Of a DNA stretch of 24,054 nt, positions 9,460-18,046 are shown piece after piece. The DNA lies in contig JBGSTX010000357.1 in NCBI GenBank assembly GCA_041736305.1, positions 1-24,054 on the forward strand, written 5' to 3'. The stretch comes from Oligoflexus sp. GTDB taxonomy: Bacteria; Bdellovibrionota_B; Oligoflexia; Oligoflexales; Oligoflexaceae. Position 1 is the stretch's first letter. Each line of letters opens with the position of its first letter. The position numbers were made by a program, and so were the translations under genes. The notes under the pieces are model-generated. The model ran no database searches. It saw only the letters and a list, made by a program, of their open reading frames with translations, and was not told where the DNA came from.

Positions 9460-10692
9460 CTAGGAAGGCTTCGCGGCCTTGGGCAGAAACTTTGGATCCA
9501 GAGCTGGTTTAGAAAGAGTCTGGCCACGGAGCAGTTCGTTTACCCCTCCATCGCTGGCCGGCTCTGGCTTCTGCTTACTGAGACCTTCCGGAGTGCAGAG
9601 CAGGTACTCGAATTCTCGGCTGTTCTTCGATCGAGTTTGAGTCAAGGGTCGTCCAACTACGATCGACTCACTACGCGTCGCTTTTTGAGTTTGCAGGGAT
9701 ACCGCAACATCAGGACTCGCAAAAACATAGGCACTGCAACCGATCCTGTGCCGATCGATTTTAAGCATACGATCGACTTCCCGCATGAGCGGCGGACGCT
9801 CCCAGATGAATTCGCTGTAACACCAGTCCCGGGTACGTTCGAGCATGGGGCAGCTGTCTTGATGAGGACAAGGATAAAGCACGCGGTAGCCTCGCTCCAG
9901 CAGCTCGTTGCGAAGGCTTATGGTAGCGCGCGAAAGATCTTGATTCGCTGGTTCAATAAGGGTGATAATCCGCCGCCCTTTGGTGAGACCGGCCTCAAGA
10001 AAACGAAGCAGGAGCTGCATTGTCTTGGGGTTGTGGGCGATTTCATTCCAGACATATCCGAGCTGATACCAAACCCAGCCATCATCACTCGGGCCCGCGC
10101 TCAGTTCACGACTGAGATATTCATCCAACTTCTGTCTTCTGGTGATGACCTGTTGTGCTGGAAGCAATTGCTCGAGCCCATAGACAGCAGCTTCGAGAAA
10201 CGCCTGTGATTTGTCGACAAGTTCGACGCTCAGGCCAAGCTTAGATGACTCTTCCCGCAGTTCATGGACCGTCGAAAGACTGAGAGCTCCGGTTCCACAG
10301 CCCAGATCCAGCAGACGGAGCGCGCCGCTCTGCTTTTTGAGATAAGAGAGGAGACCACTGCGGTTTTCCACTCTCTGGAGGGCACCTTCGACTCTAGCCT
10401 GATTGGAAAGGTGAAATCCGAGCAAGTAGACCATCGCTTCACGCTTAGGATCCATCAAGTACCGAGACACTTCGGAACGTTCTGTCGTGAAAGCTTCCCA
10501 CAGCTGGACGAGGTCGCTGCGATGGTCTTTCAACAAGGCGCCGACGAAATCGAGGGTACTCAACTCATCCCGTTTCTTTTGGAGACCCCGAGGCGTTTTT
10601 GCCAGGTGATCGACGGTTTGCGCCCAAAGATCGTAGGACGCACGGCTAGTATGGACGGAGCCTTTTACAGGCTTTTTTGACTTAACAGGCAT
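9460..10692 (-). CDS. Rsm22/METTL17-family SAM-dependent methyltransferase-like protein
   Basis: SAM motif I LDLGCGTG, WNEI, LIEPA, the family Cys signature PCPHQDSCP...DWC and a distal LLC. Confidence 0.8.
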   Translation of the reverse strand: MPVKSKKPVKGSVHTSRASYDLWAQTVDHLAKTPRGLQKKRDELSTLDFVGALLKDHRSDLVQLWEAFTTERSEVSRYLMDPKREAMVYLLGFHLSNQARVEGALQRVENRSGLLSYLKKQSGALRLLDLGCGTGALSLSTVHELREESSKLGLSVELVDKSQAFLEAAVYGLEQLLPAQQVITRRQKLDEYLSRELSAGPSDDGWVWYQLGYVWNEIAHNPKTMQLLLRFLEAGLTKGRRIITLIEPANQDLSRATISLRNELLERGYRVLYPCPHQDSCPMLERTRDWCYSEFIWERPPLMREVDRMLKIDRHRIGCSAYVFASPDVAVSLQTQKATRSESIVVGRPLTQTRSKNSREFEYLLCTPEGLSKQKPEPASDGGVNELLRGQTLSKPALDPKFLPKAAKPS

Positions 10693-10851
10693 TAGGATTC
10701 CTCGCGACGAGAACGGCGGAAGCCCCGCTATCTAACATAGTCCAGCAGCTCTTGCGACAAGTGTTCGCTCGTATCGTTAGCTAGCCACTTAGAGGCTTCG
10801 ATGCTAAAGTTTGGCGTTTGGATCAGACGAGTCAGCCGAAGGGGAAAGCCC

Positions 10852-11790
10852 GTGAGCCACGAGCCAGAGCAAAGTAATACGAATTCCAAAACTCTTCCTA
10901 GCAAGAAGCCAGATTGGCTTAAAACCAAGATCCCTTCTGGTGATACCTTCTTTGCGATTAAGCGGGACCTCCGCGCCAAAAACCTTTACACAGTCTGCGA
11001 AGAAGCGAAGTGTCCCAATATTACTGAGTGTTGGAGTACTAATACCGCCACCTTTATGATCCTCGGTGATACCTGCACACGAGCTTGCCGCTTTTGTAAC
11101 GTTAAAACCGGCGATCCAGCTGGCTGGCTGGATTCTGAGGAGCCAGCCAAAACAGCTGCAAGTGTTGCGCTCATGCGTCTTCGGTATGCTGTACTGACAA
11201 TGGTTGATCGCGACGATTTGGAAGATGGTGGCGCAAGTCATGTCAAAAAAGTTTTCGAAGCTATACGCCAACAAAGCCCTGAAACCCATCTAGAGTTCTT
11301 GGGTGGCGATTTTCAGGCCAAAGACTCTTCGCTGCAAACAATTCTCGAAGCCAGACCAGAAGTCTTTGCCCATAATTTAGAAACAGTTGAACGGCTGACC
11401 CCCCGCGTCAGGGACGCCAGGGCTTCTTACCGGCAATCCCTCGCCGTTCTGCGGCGTGTTAAAGAATTGGCCACCTACCCTCTTTTTACCAAGAGTGCGT
11501 TAATGTTAGGTCTAGGCGAAACTCCCGAGGAGGTCGTCGCGGCTTTGAAAGACATGCGCGAGGCAGGGGTCGAATTTGTCACTATCGGCCAATATATGCG
11601 TCCCTCAAAGCGGCATCTTTCGATCAAAGAGTTCGCCGATCCCGCAGTCTTTGACGAGCTCGGCGAAGTCGCGCGCGATTTAGGTTTTCTATCGGTGGCA
11701 TCAGGGCCACTCGTCCGCTCGTCTTATCGGGCTGCAGATTTTTATAAGCGTGCGCTCCAGAGCCTCAAAGGCGAGGTCCTCGGGCTTTGA
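10852..11790 (+). CDS. lipA: lipoyl synthase
   Basis: KPDWL, CEEAKCPNITEC (auxiliary cluster), CTRACRFC (radical SAM), HNLETV and VRSSY. GTG 10852 after AAGGGG preferred as the start. Confidence 0.97.
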   Translation: MSHEPEQSNTNSKTLPSKKPDWLKTKIPSGDTFFAIKRDLRAKNLYTVCEEAKCPNITECWSTNTATFMILGDTCTRACRFCNVKTGDPAGWLDSEEPAKTAASVALMRLRYAVLTMVDRDDLEDGGASHVKKVFEAIRQQSPETHLEFLGGDFQAKDSSLQTILEARPEVFAHNLETVERLTPRVRDARASYRQSLAVLRRVKELATYPLFTKSALMLGLGETPEEVVAALKDMREAGVEFVTIGQYMRPSKRHLSIKEFADPAVFDELGEVARDLGFLSVASGPLVRSSYRAADFYKRALQSLKGEVLGL

Positions 11791-12689
11791 AGCTGGCTCA
11801 GCTATGCATTGAGATCTTGCTGCTCGCGCTGCGCCTGCTCCCTTGGAGCTGGCTTGATCCCCTCAGCCGTACCTTGGGAAAAATAGCCCCCAGACTGCTG
11901 AAGCGTGAAAAAAATTTGATAGCCGCCAACGTTGAAGCCGTCTTTGGACTGCGACCCCACAGCGGCTATGCACGGCGATTTCAGGAACAGGTCCTGCGAT
12001 CTCAGTTGATAGTCAGCCTTGAAACTTTCAAATCGGTACTCTGGTCGCAGGGAAATTTGCTAGTCGAAGGCATAGATCTCTTGCAGGAGCAGTTGCGAGA
12101 ACCTTTGGCCGCAGGCCAAGGGGTCATCATAGTTACTGCTCACTGCGGGAGCTGGGAGCTGGTAGCTCGTTCGGTAGCAATTGCGAGTTCACAGCGATTT
12201 TTCGCATTAGCGAAACCCTCGAAGTCGCGGGCATTCACCAGCGTCCTCGCTCGTCTTCGCAGCCACCTGAACACGGAAGTTCTCTGGATCGATAGTAAAA
12301 ATCTTTTGCGCGATATGATAAAGGTTTTGAAATCCGGACAACTTCTCGGCTTTGTTATGGACCAGAAACCCGAGGGGAGGGTCGGACCGCTGGTTAATTT
12401 TTTCGACCGGCCCACGGCCTTCGTTTCCGGTCCGGCAAAGCTTGCCATTCGCCATCAGAGCGCGGTGCTTGCTGTTTTCTGTATGCGGCAAGGTCCCGGC
12501 CGATATAAAATCGACTCGCAGCTCATCGCTCCGGCTCATCACGGGCTCAGCGATGAGCAAGCTTTGACCGAGGCGATGGCGCGGGCAATTGAAGCTTGCA
12601 TCCGGATCTATCCCGAACAATGGATATGGAATTACAAACGGTGGCGATTTCCTTCTCCCAGTCCAAATCCTCGATCGAGCGCTTATTAA
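11787..12689 (+). CDS. LpxL/HtrB-type lipid A biosynthesis (lysophospholipid) acyltransferase
   Basis: HxxxxE (HCGSWE), MDQ, FF and YPEQWIWNYKRW motifs, N-terminal hydrophobic helix. TTGA overlap with the lipA stop. Confidence 0.88.
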   Translation: MKLAQLCIEILLLALRLLPWSWLDPLSRTLGKIAPRLLKREKNLIAANVEAVFGLRPHSGYARRFQEQVLRSQLIVSLETFKSVLWSQGNLLVEGIDLLQEQLREPLAAGQGVIIVTAHCGSWELVARSVAIASSQRFFALAKPSKSRAFTSVLARLRSHLNTEVLWIDSKNLLRDMIKVLKSGQLLGFVMDQKPEGRVGPLVNFFDRPTAFVSGPAKLAIRHQSAVLAVFCMRQGPGRYKIDSQLIAPAHHGLSDEQALTEAMARAIEACIRIYPEQWIWNYKRWRFPSPSPNPRSSAY

Positions 12690-13366
12690 AGCGAAAGAGT
12701 CTTTTGCTGCGCCTGACTCCAAAGCACTTCTTCACCTTAGCGGAAGATCTACTTCTTATACTGGCCATCTCTACGGCTGATCCCGTCCAGAGGAGCCTAT
12801 GGGCGGGGGCGTCGTTTATCGTCGCAGGCTGGCTCTTAATTACGTGGATGCAAGGATTCAATCTCTCCGACCGCTCTTTTTCTATCATCGGCCCTTATCG
12901 CTTCGTACGCAGACCTCAGCGCTTGGCTATAACCTTGCTGGCTCTCGGCTTGAGTATAAGCGCTCGCTCCTTTCCGGCGCTGATTTTCAGTCTGTGTTTG
13001 CTGCCTTATTTCTACTGGGCCGAGCGTTTGGGTTTGAATCGACCGCAGACAGCAGGTGAGCTCGATTTACTTCGCTATCGTCAGCATGTGCCGGCTTTAG
13101 TTCCCACACTTTTCCCCTATATGCACACCCGCTCCCAAAGGGCGAAAATTCCTTTTTCATGGCGGCGTGCCCTCTTCCATTTTGAACCAAGAATAGCGCG
13201 CCTTTTTGTGAGCATACTAGCTGCCTGGCTCCTTTGCCTGCTGCTCGAATGGGTCTGGATCCCTTACTGGGGAGCAGTGGTCGTTTCGCTTTTGCCCCTA
13301 GTCTGGGACCTCGCTGCATTTTGTCGCCAAAGTATCGTCATTCGTAAAGCTCACCTCAGAAGTTGA
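12596..13366 (+). CDS. ICMT/PEMT-like (isoprenylcysteine/phospholipid methyltransferase family) membrane protein; true start possibly 12626 or TTG 12704
   Basis: Several hydrophobic helices, GPYRFVRRP (cf. GPYxxVRHP) and YRQHVPALVP (cf. YxxxVPRxxP). Confidence 0.6.
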   Translation: MHPDLSRTMDMELQTVAISFSQSKSSIERLLKRKSLLLRLTPKHFFTLAEDLLLILAISTADPVQRSLWAGASFIVAGWLLITWMQGFNLSDRSFSIIGPYRFVRRPQRLAITLLALGLSISARSFPALIFSLCLLPYFYWAERLGLNRPQTAGELDLLRYRQHVPALVPTLFPYMHTRSQRAKIPFSWRRALFHFEPRIARLFVSILAAWLLCLLLEWVWIPYWGAVVVSLLPLVWDLAAFCRQSIVIRKAHLRS

Positions 13367-13543
13367 GCTGATTAGCTCCTCAGTATTGCAAGGATATCCG
13401 TTCTTTAAGTAGAGCTAGCGATCACTTCCTTCCGTACACATTATCACGAGTTGGTGACCCTGATTTTTTGCTGCTAAGAGCCGAACATTACTCGCCTAAT
13501 CAAGACAATGCCAACTTTGTAAAGTTTGTATTGACCTCTCCTC

Positions 13544-13571
13544 CTCAGTTTAAGAAAAGCCGAGTCGATAA
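13544..13571 (+). promoter_or_regulatory. sigma28-like promoter (weaker match)
   Basis: CTCAGTTT-N12-GTCGATAA, 29 nt upstream of ATG 13601. Confidence 0.45.
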
Positions 13572-13600
13572 GCTTGGAAACGCTGTAGGAGCGTCCCTCT

Positions 13601-15907
13601 ATGCAAAGTTTACCGAGCTGTCCTCAATTAGATGAAGCGAACAAGTACATTTTCGTGAAGGCTTATGAAAAAGCCGAACGGATGATAGAAGACTTGGTGG
13701 CGAACGAAGCCTTTCGCTCTGATCTGCTTTTGCACCTTCGCAGGGTCGAACTTGCGGTCAAGTTGGGTAAACTCGACCAGCTTCGAAAAATTTATGAAGC
13801 TCAGATCGAGACTGAAGCGGAGAGCCTAGTACCGAGGGTTGCTCTGATCTTTGTCGAACAGCACAAAGAAGCAATAGAAAACAAAGAAGCGCTCCTGCGC
13901 TTTCAGACTCTGATTAGAACCCATGGGCCGCATCCGGCACTCTTCTACGGAATTGGCTTTTGTATGGAACTCGAGAGCAACCTTGAACGAGCCAAATACA
14001 ATTACGAGCAGTGCATCAACCAAGATCCTAATTGGTACCCCGCCTACTTTGGCTTAAGTCAAATCCATTACCATAAAAATGAAGACAAAAAAGGCGACCA
14101 GTACTTCTTTCTCTTCGAAGAAATGGCCCCCTATAACGTCTATGGAAATTTTGAGACCCATCGGCAGCTTTCCTCAGAGTTTATCGACCGCAAGGACTAC
14201 ACCCTAGCAGAGATGGCGATTAAGACTCTCGGTGAATGGTGGCAGGAGAACAAGGGCTTCAGCCCGTCGGAAATTCAACTTTTTGAGCGTCTGGCAACAG
14301 CGCGCATTTCCGAGCTAAAAGGCGATCGAACGACTACCGAGCAAAGAAGATCTGCAGCCCGTCTAGTGACCTCACACATTCTTCAGAGCAAAGATGTAGC
14401 AGAAAGCGTCCTCTATTTTTCCGCGAAGGTCCTAGAGGAATATAACGAGTTTAACCAAGCTATCGAAATGTATCGAAAGATATTGAAATCTGAAACAGCC
14501 AATCCAGAACTGATTCAGAAGATTGGCGGGCAGTTCCTTTCGATGGGGGAGCTGGCTCTAGCTCTTGAGCTTTTCACTGAGGCCTATAAGAATCACCCGG
14601 ATCAGCCAGAAATACGATTTTGCCTCTTGGTGTCCAAGTTAAAAATCGCCAAGGTCAACGTTGAAGACTACCTGATAAGCAAAGAACGTCTGAAAAAGCT
14701 GGTCGATAGCTCTGCCGACAAGGTCGAGCTTCTGAGCCTCCTCCATACTTTGATTGCGAAGTTTCCGGAAGATCCCGATGTTCATACCCAGATGGGCGAA
14801 GCTTACTTGCGCCTTGGCAACAAGGATAAGGCAGCTAAGCACTTTCAGCGCATGTATGATCTTGATAAGTACAGTCGCGTAGCGACCTTGAAGTTTGCTG
14901 GCTTTGCCATGCAGTATGGTAATGCAGAGGAAGCTCAATCGATACTTAATTCTATCGACCATCGCGAACGCCTGAGTGAAGATGAGCTCTGCGAGCTTCT
15001 TTGGCTTCAAGCCAACTATGAATTTAGAAAAAGCCAATTTCAAAACACCCTCGACAAGCTCCACCGCGTGTTGCAAAGCGATCCTTGGAATATTTCCTAC
15101 CTCCTCTTGCAGGCCAGGACCCTCTCCGAGCAGGTCGATCAGTCACAGGGTTTAGAACCAATTGATCCTACTCTCAGGAAGCTCGCTCTCGGTGACGAGA
15201 CAGAGCTGAACTGGGCAGAGTACGAGCAGAAGACCCGTCAGTTGGCGCAGTTTCGCCAGGTAGAGCTCGTGTACGCTCGAGAAAAGCTGCGTTTTCTCTA
15301 TGCTGAAGGTGAAGAGCACATCTTATTGAGACTAGTGCAGTCGGCTCAAATCTTCGATCCCAAACAGGCGATCTACGATCTTGTCAAGCTCCTCAACACA
15401 AATTTTGATAGTCCAGATATTTACTGGTCCCTCGGTGTTCTATTCAAGGAGCTTTGGCAGCTTGAGACGGCCAGTATGTGGTTCGATCAGATGTTGATGA
15501 TTCCCGGCTTGAACGATAAGCAGCGGGCCAAGGCCTATATTGAACAGGCCGATTGCTACATCTGGCGAGGCACTAGTCTCGAAAAGGCTGTTGAGTACGC
15601 GCGCCTCGCCATGGATCTCAACCACCAAAAAGATAAACGGCCTCTTCGGGTCATGGCGCACGGCCTCCTAAAGTTAGGGAAGGTTCGGCAGGCAGAAGTT
15701 TACTTGGAAGATGGCGAGGGTGACAAGGATCCTGAGGTCCTCTATCTACGCGGTCTCGTAAAATACAGAAACGGTGCATTTGAGCAGGCCAATGCCGTTT
15801 GGAAGCCTTTGCTTACACACCGGGCCGAGAGCTTGAGGTTCCATAACATCAAGCAGGAGATTATGCGCTATTACTTCGATCGCGAACCATACCGGGGCGT
15901 TAACTAA
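13601..15907 (+). CDS. tetratricopeptide repeat protein
   Basis: Repeated TPR-like units (ALFYGIGFC...AKYNYEQCINQDPN, AYFGLSQI, VHTQMGEAYLRLG...A...F, IYWSLGVLF, VLYLRGLV). AGGAG RBS. Confidence 0.85.
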   Translation: MQSLPSCPQLDEANKYIFVKAYEKAERMIEDLVANEAFRSDLLLHLRRVELAVKLGKLDQLRKIYEAQIETEAESLVPRVALIFVEQHKEAIENKEALLRFQTLIRTHGPHPALFYGIGFCMELESNLERAKYNYEQCINQDPNWYPAYFGLSQIHYHKNEDKKGDQYFFLFEEMAPYNVYGNFETHRQLSSEFIDRKDYTLAEMAIKTLGEWWQENKGFSPSEIQLFERLATARISELKGDRTTTEQRRSAARLVTSHILQSKDVAESVLYFSAKVLEEYNEFNQAIEMYRKILKSETANPELIQKIGGQFLSMGELALALELFTEAYKNHPDQPEIRFCLLVSKLKIAKVNVEDYLISKERLKKLVDSSADKVELLSLLHTLIAKFPEDPDVHTQMGEAYLRLGNKDKAAKHFQRMYDLDKYSRVATLKFAGFAMQYGNAEEAQSILNSIDHRERLSEDELCELLWLQANYEFRKSQFQNTLDKLHRVLQSDPWNISYLLLQARTLSEQVDQSQGLEPIDPTLRKLALGDETELNWAEYEQKTRQLAQFRQVELVYAREKLRFLYAEGEEHILLRLVQSAQIFDPKQAIYDLVKLLNTNFDSPDIYWSLGVLFKELWQLETASMWFDQMLMIPGLNDKQRAKAYIEQADCYIWRGTSLEKAVEYARLAMDLNHQKDKRPLRVMAHGLLKLGKVRQAEVYLEDGEGDKDPEVLYLRGLVKYRNGAFEQANAVWKPLLTHRAESLRFHNIKQEIMRYYFDREPYRGVN

Positions 15908-16174
15908 GGCTTTATAATAACTTTTTCTTCCCATAGTTTTCGTCCTCTCTTCAATTTCCAAGGGACGTTCGTGTCGATAGAAAACCAACGTTTTTTGTTG
16001 ACACCGAATTGCGAATGTGGAGAATGAAGCACGAGCACTTCAATAGATTAATTTTTTATGACAAAGAACTGAGACAGATCAGGGACTGTTTAACTTTCCA
16101 TTTTCTGTTGGGTTCTGGACTGAATTTTTCGGTCCATGGAAGCACCGCCTGCATTTGTAGAAAAGGGGGAATTT

Positions 16175-16471
16175 GTGAGCAAATCAGTTCGTTTAACCTG
16201 CACCGTTTGTACCGAAGATCGTAAGAGCCGTTATCGCGACTTCAGTCCACACGCCTGGCACGCCCTCGTAACTTGGGGCGAGATCGTTCAACCGATGATT
16301 CGCCAAGCTATGTGCGACGGTTGCTACGTTGAATTCCGGGATATACTGATCGAACGAGCTGAAGAAGTTTCGATACTCGCCAGCAACGATACGCACACGA
16401 ACAAGTTCCCTCATGTTCACGAAATCCCCACTTTCAATTCAGTTTTACCGGATGCTCAAATCGCCAGCTGA
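16175..16471 (+). CDS. small hypothetical protein with two CxxC motifs (putative Zn-binding)
   Basis: CTVC...CDGC. GTG 16175 follows AAGGGGG, with ATG 16136 as the alternative start. A terminator follows. Confidence 0.65.
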   Translation: MSKSVRLTCTVCTEDRKSRYRDFSPHAWHALVTWGEIVQPMIRQAMCDGCYVEFRDILIERAEEVSILASNDTHTNKFPHVHEIPTFNSVLPDAQIAS

Positions 16472-16497
16472 TTTCCCATCAGGTGAGAGTGCACCAT

Positions 16498-16524
16498 TTG
16501 CCCAGCTTTGCTGGGCAATTTTTT
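16498..16524 (+). terminator. intrinsic terminator
   Basis: TTGCCCAGC-TTT-GCTGGGCAA perfect 9-bp stem followed by T6. Confidence 0.85.
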
Positions 16525-16549
16525 ACCCAATAATTTAGCATCTTACCCT

Positions 16550-16576
16550 TAAAGTTTCCAACCAAGCCGCCGATAG
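16550..16576 (+). promoter_or_regulatory. sigma28 (FliA)-type promoter
   Basis: TAAAGTTT-N11-GCCGATAG, one mismatch from the extended consensus TAAAGTTT-N11-GCCGATAA. Confidence 0.85.
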
Positions 16577-16625
16577 CAGGCATAGACTCTACAGCGCCGC
16601 TGTGGATCTTCTTGGGAGGTACTCT

Positions 16626-18032
16626 ATGGCTAAGCATCTAGGAAGCTCAACTCGTACTCAACAGAAGAAGAAGCCTTCTCCTGTCTATCTTCAGGCTCTT
16701 CGCCACTTCTGGCGTGGAGAAAATGAAAGCGCTCTTGCAACTGTTGCCGATGCCTTGGCCGAAGGAAACGAAAACCAGACGGAACTATTTTACCGACTCT
16801 GGATAGAAGTCCTGGCTCAAGAAAACGACGAGGCTAGCCTGAGGATCCTCCAGGAGCACCTCAACCGTGAAATCGATTACAAGCATCCTAGCTGGATATC
16901 TTTCTATGCGCTCATCGGTCTCATACATTACGAGATAGGCGAGCTGGAAGCAGCTCAGATGGTGGTAAAGGCCAGCAGAAAGCACAGCGCTAATGCTTAT
17001 CTTAAAGAATTGCAGATCGTTCTCGATACTGAAGCCGATGACGAGCGCCTTATTCAGCAGAGTCGTGGCCTTGTTCGCCAAACGTCTGATTACTTACACT
17101 ATCGTCGATCCGCGCTTCTGGCCCACCGCGCCCAGAAGAAAACTACTCTTCGCAATCTATTCACTGCTATAGAAGAAACTTTTGGCACCGATCCTCTGGC
17201 CAACGAAATCGGTTTCCACGAGTCTTTTGCCAGCGGCAATTTTCATTTGGCATGGCAAAATGCGCGCAAGCTGCGCGATGATTTCCCTATGCATGCTGAC
17301 TTTCAGTTTTATTATGCGTATGCGTCCTTCAAGACCGAGAGAAATCAGCTTGCTCTCGAACAATTCATGCAACTGAATCGTCGCTTTAAGGCAGAAGACC
17401 CTGACGTCTTGTCGATGATTTGCGCTTCGTTGCTAGCTTCTAGTGCTGAGCATCGCGATAAAAGCCAGAGTATAGAGATTCGTCAGTATCTGAAACGCAC
17501 AGTGCAGCGTCTGTCAGCCATGGGTTTGTCTGCGGCTTATCCCCTTGACATTTTGCAGCGTTTTGAAGGAAGCGACAATACTCAAGCAGGTCGCATGTGG
17601 CTCCTTACATTGAGTGCTCGCCAAAGTGTCGAACTCTACGAGCGTCCTCTAGAACGCATTGATATCCTCCATCGTGCCTTGGGCGAGCATGTGGCAAAGA
17701 ATGACATCTGCTTCTTCATCTCGCAGGGTAGCCAGGATGGAGTCCGATCGCCGGATTCTTATCGTCTCATCGCCATTTATCGGGCTGTTTCTCAACCGCA
17801 GTGGCATCCTCTGCATCGTTGGTTTACGGCTCTCAAGCTGCAGATTCGTATGGAAGTTGGCATTCCTTTTACTTGGCAAGCCAAGCCCCACTCGAGCACC
17901 CATCGCTATGGCCTTCAAGAGCTGGACCATGAAACTCTTGCTTTCATCGAAGACAGCATTCGGAATTTCACTTTAGAAGATCGCGTGTACAGTCATATAG
18001 TTGCCGACCTCAAGACGGCAGGGTCCTTATAA
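16626..18032 (+). CDS. helical/TPR-like protein with possible C-terminal EVE (PUA-like) domain
   Basis: GGGAGGT RBS before ATG 16626. TPR-like segments (FYALIGLIHYEIG, FQFYYAYASF) and a beta-rich C-terminal ~130 aa. Confidence 0.7.
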   Translation: MAKHLGSSTRTQQKKKPSPVYLQALRHFWRGENESALATVADALAEGNENQTELFYRLWIEVLAQENDEASLRILQEHLNREIDYKHPSWISFYALIGLIHYEIGELEAAQMVVKASRKHSANAYLKELQIVLDTEADDERLIQQSRGLVRQTSDYLHYRRSALLAHRAQKKTTLRNLFTAIEETFGTDPLANEIGFHESFASGNFHLAWQNARKLRDDFPMHADFQFYYAYASFKTERNQLALEQFMQLNRRFKAEDPDVLSMICASLLASSAEHRDKSQSIEIRQYLKRTVQRLSAMGLSAAYPLDILQRFEGSDNTQAGRMWLLTLSARQSVELYERPLERIDILHRALGEHVAKNDICFFISQGSQDGVRSPDSYRLIAIYRAVSQPQWHPLHRWFTALKLQIRMEVGIPFTWQAKPHSSTHRYGLQELDHETLAFIEDSIRNFTLEDRVYSHIVADLKTAGSL

Positions 18033-18046
18033 GGGGGGGAATCCTC

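Noticed and set aside
9460-10692. Methyltransferase beside the Pnkp-like gene as Hen1
   Set aside because: Convergent orientation and the Rsm22-type PCPH/WC signature. No Hen1-type EHL or TPN motifs.
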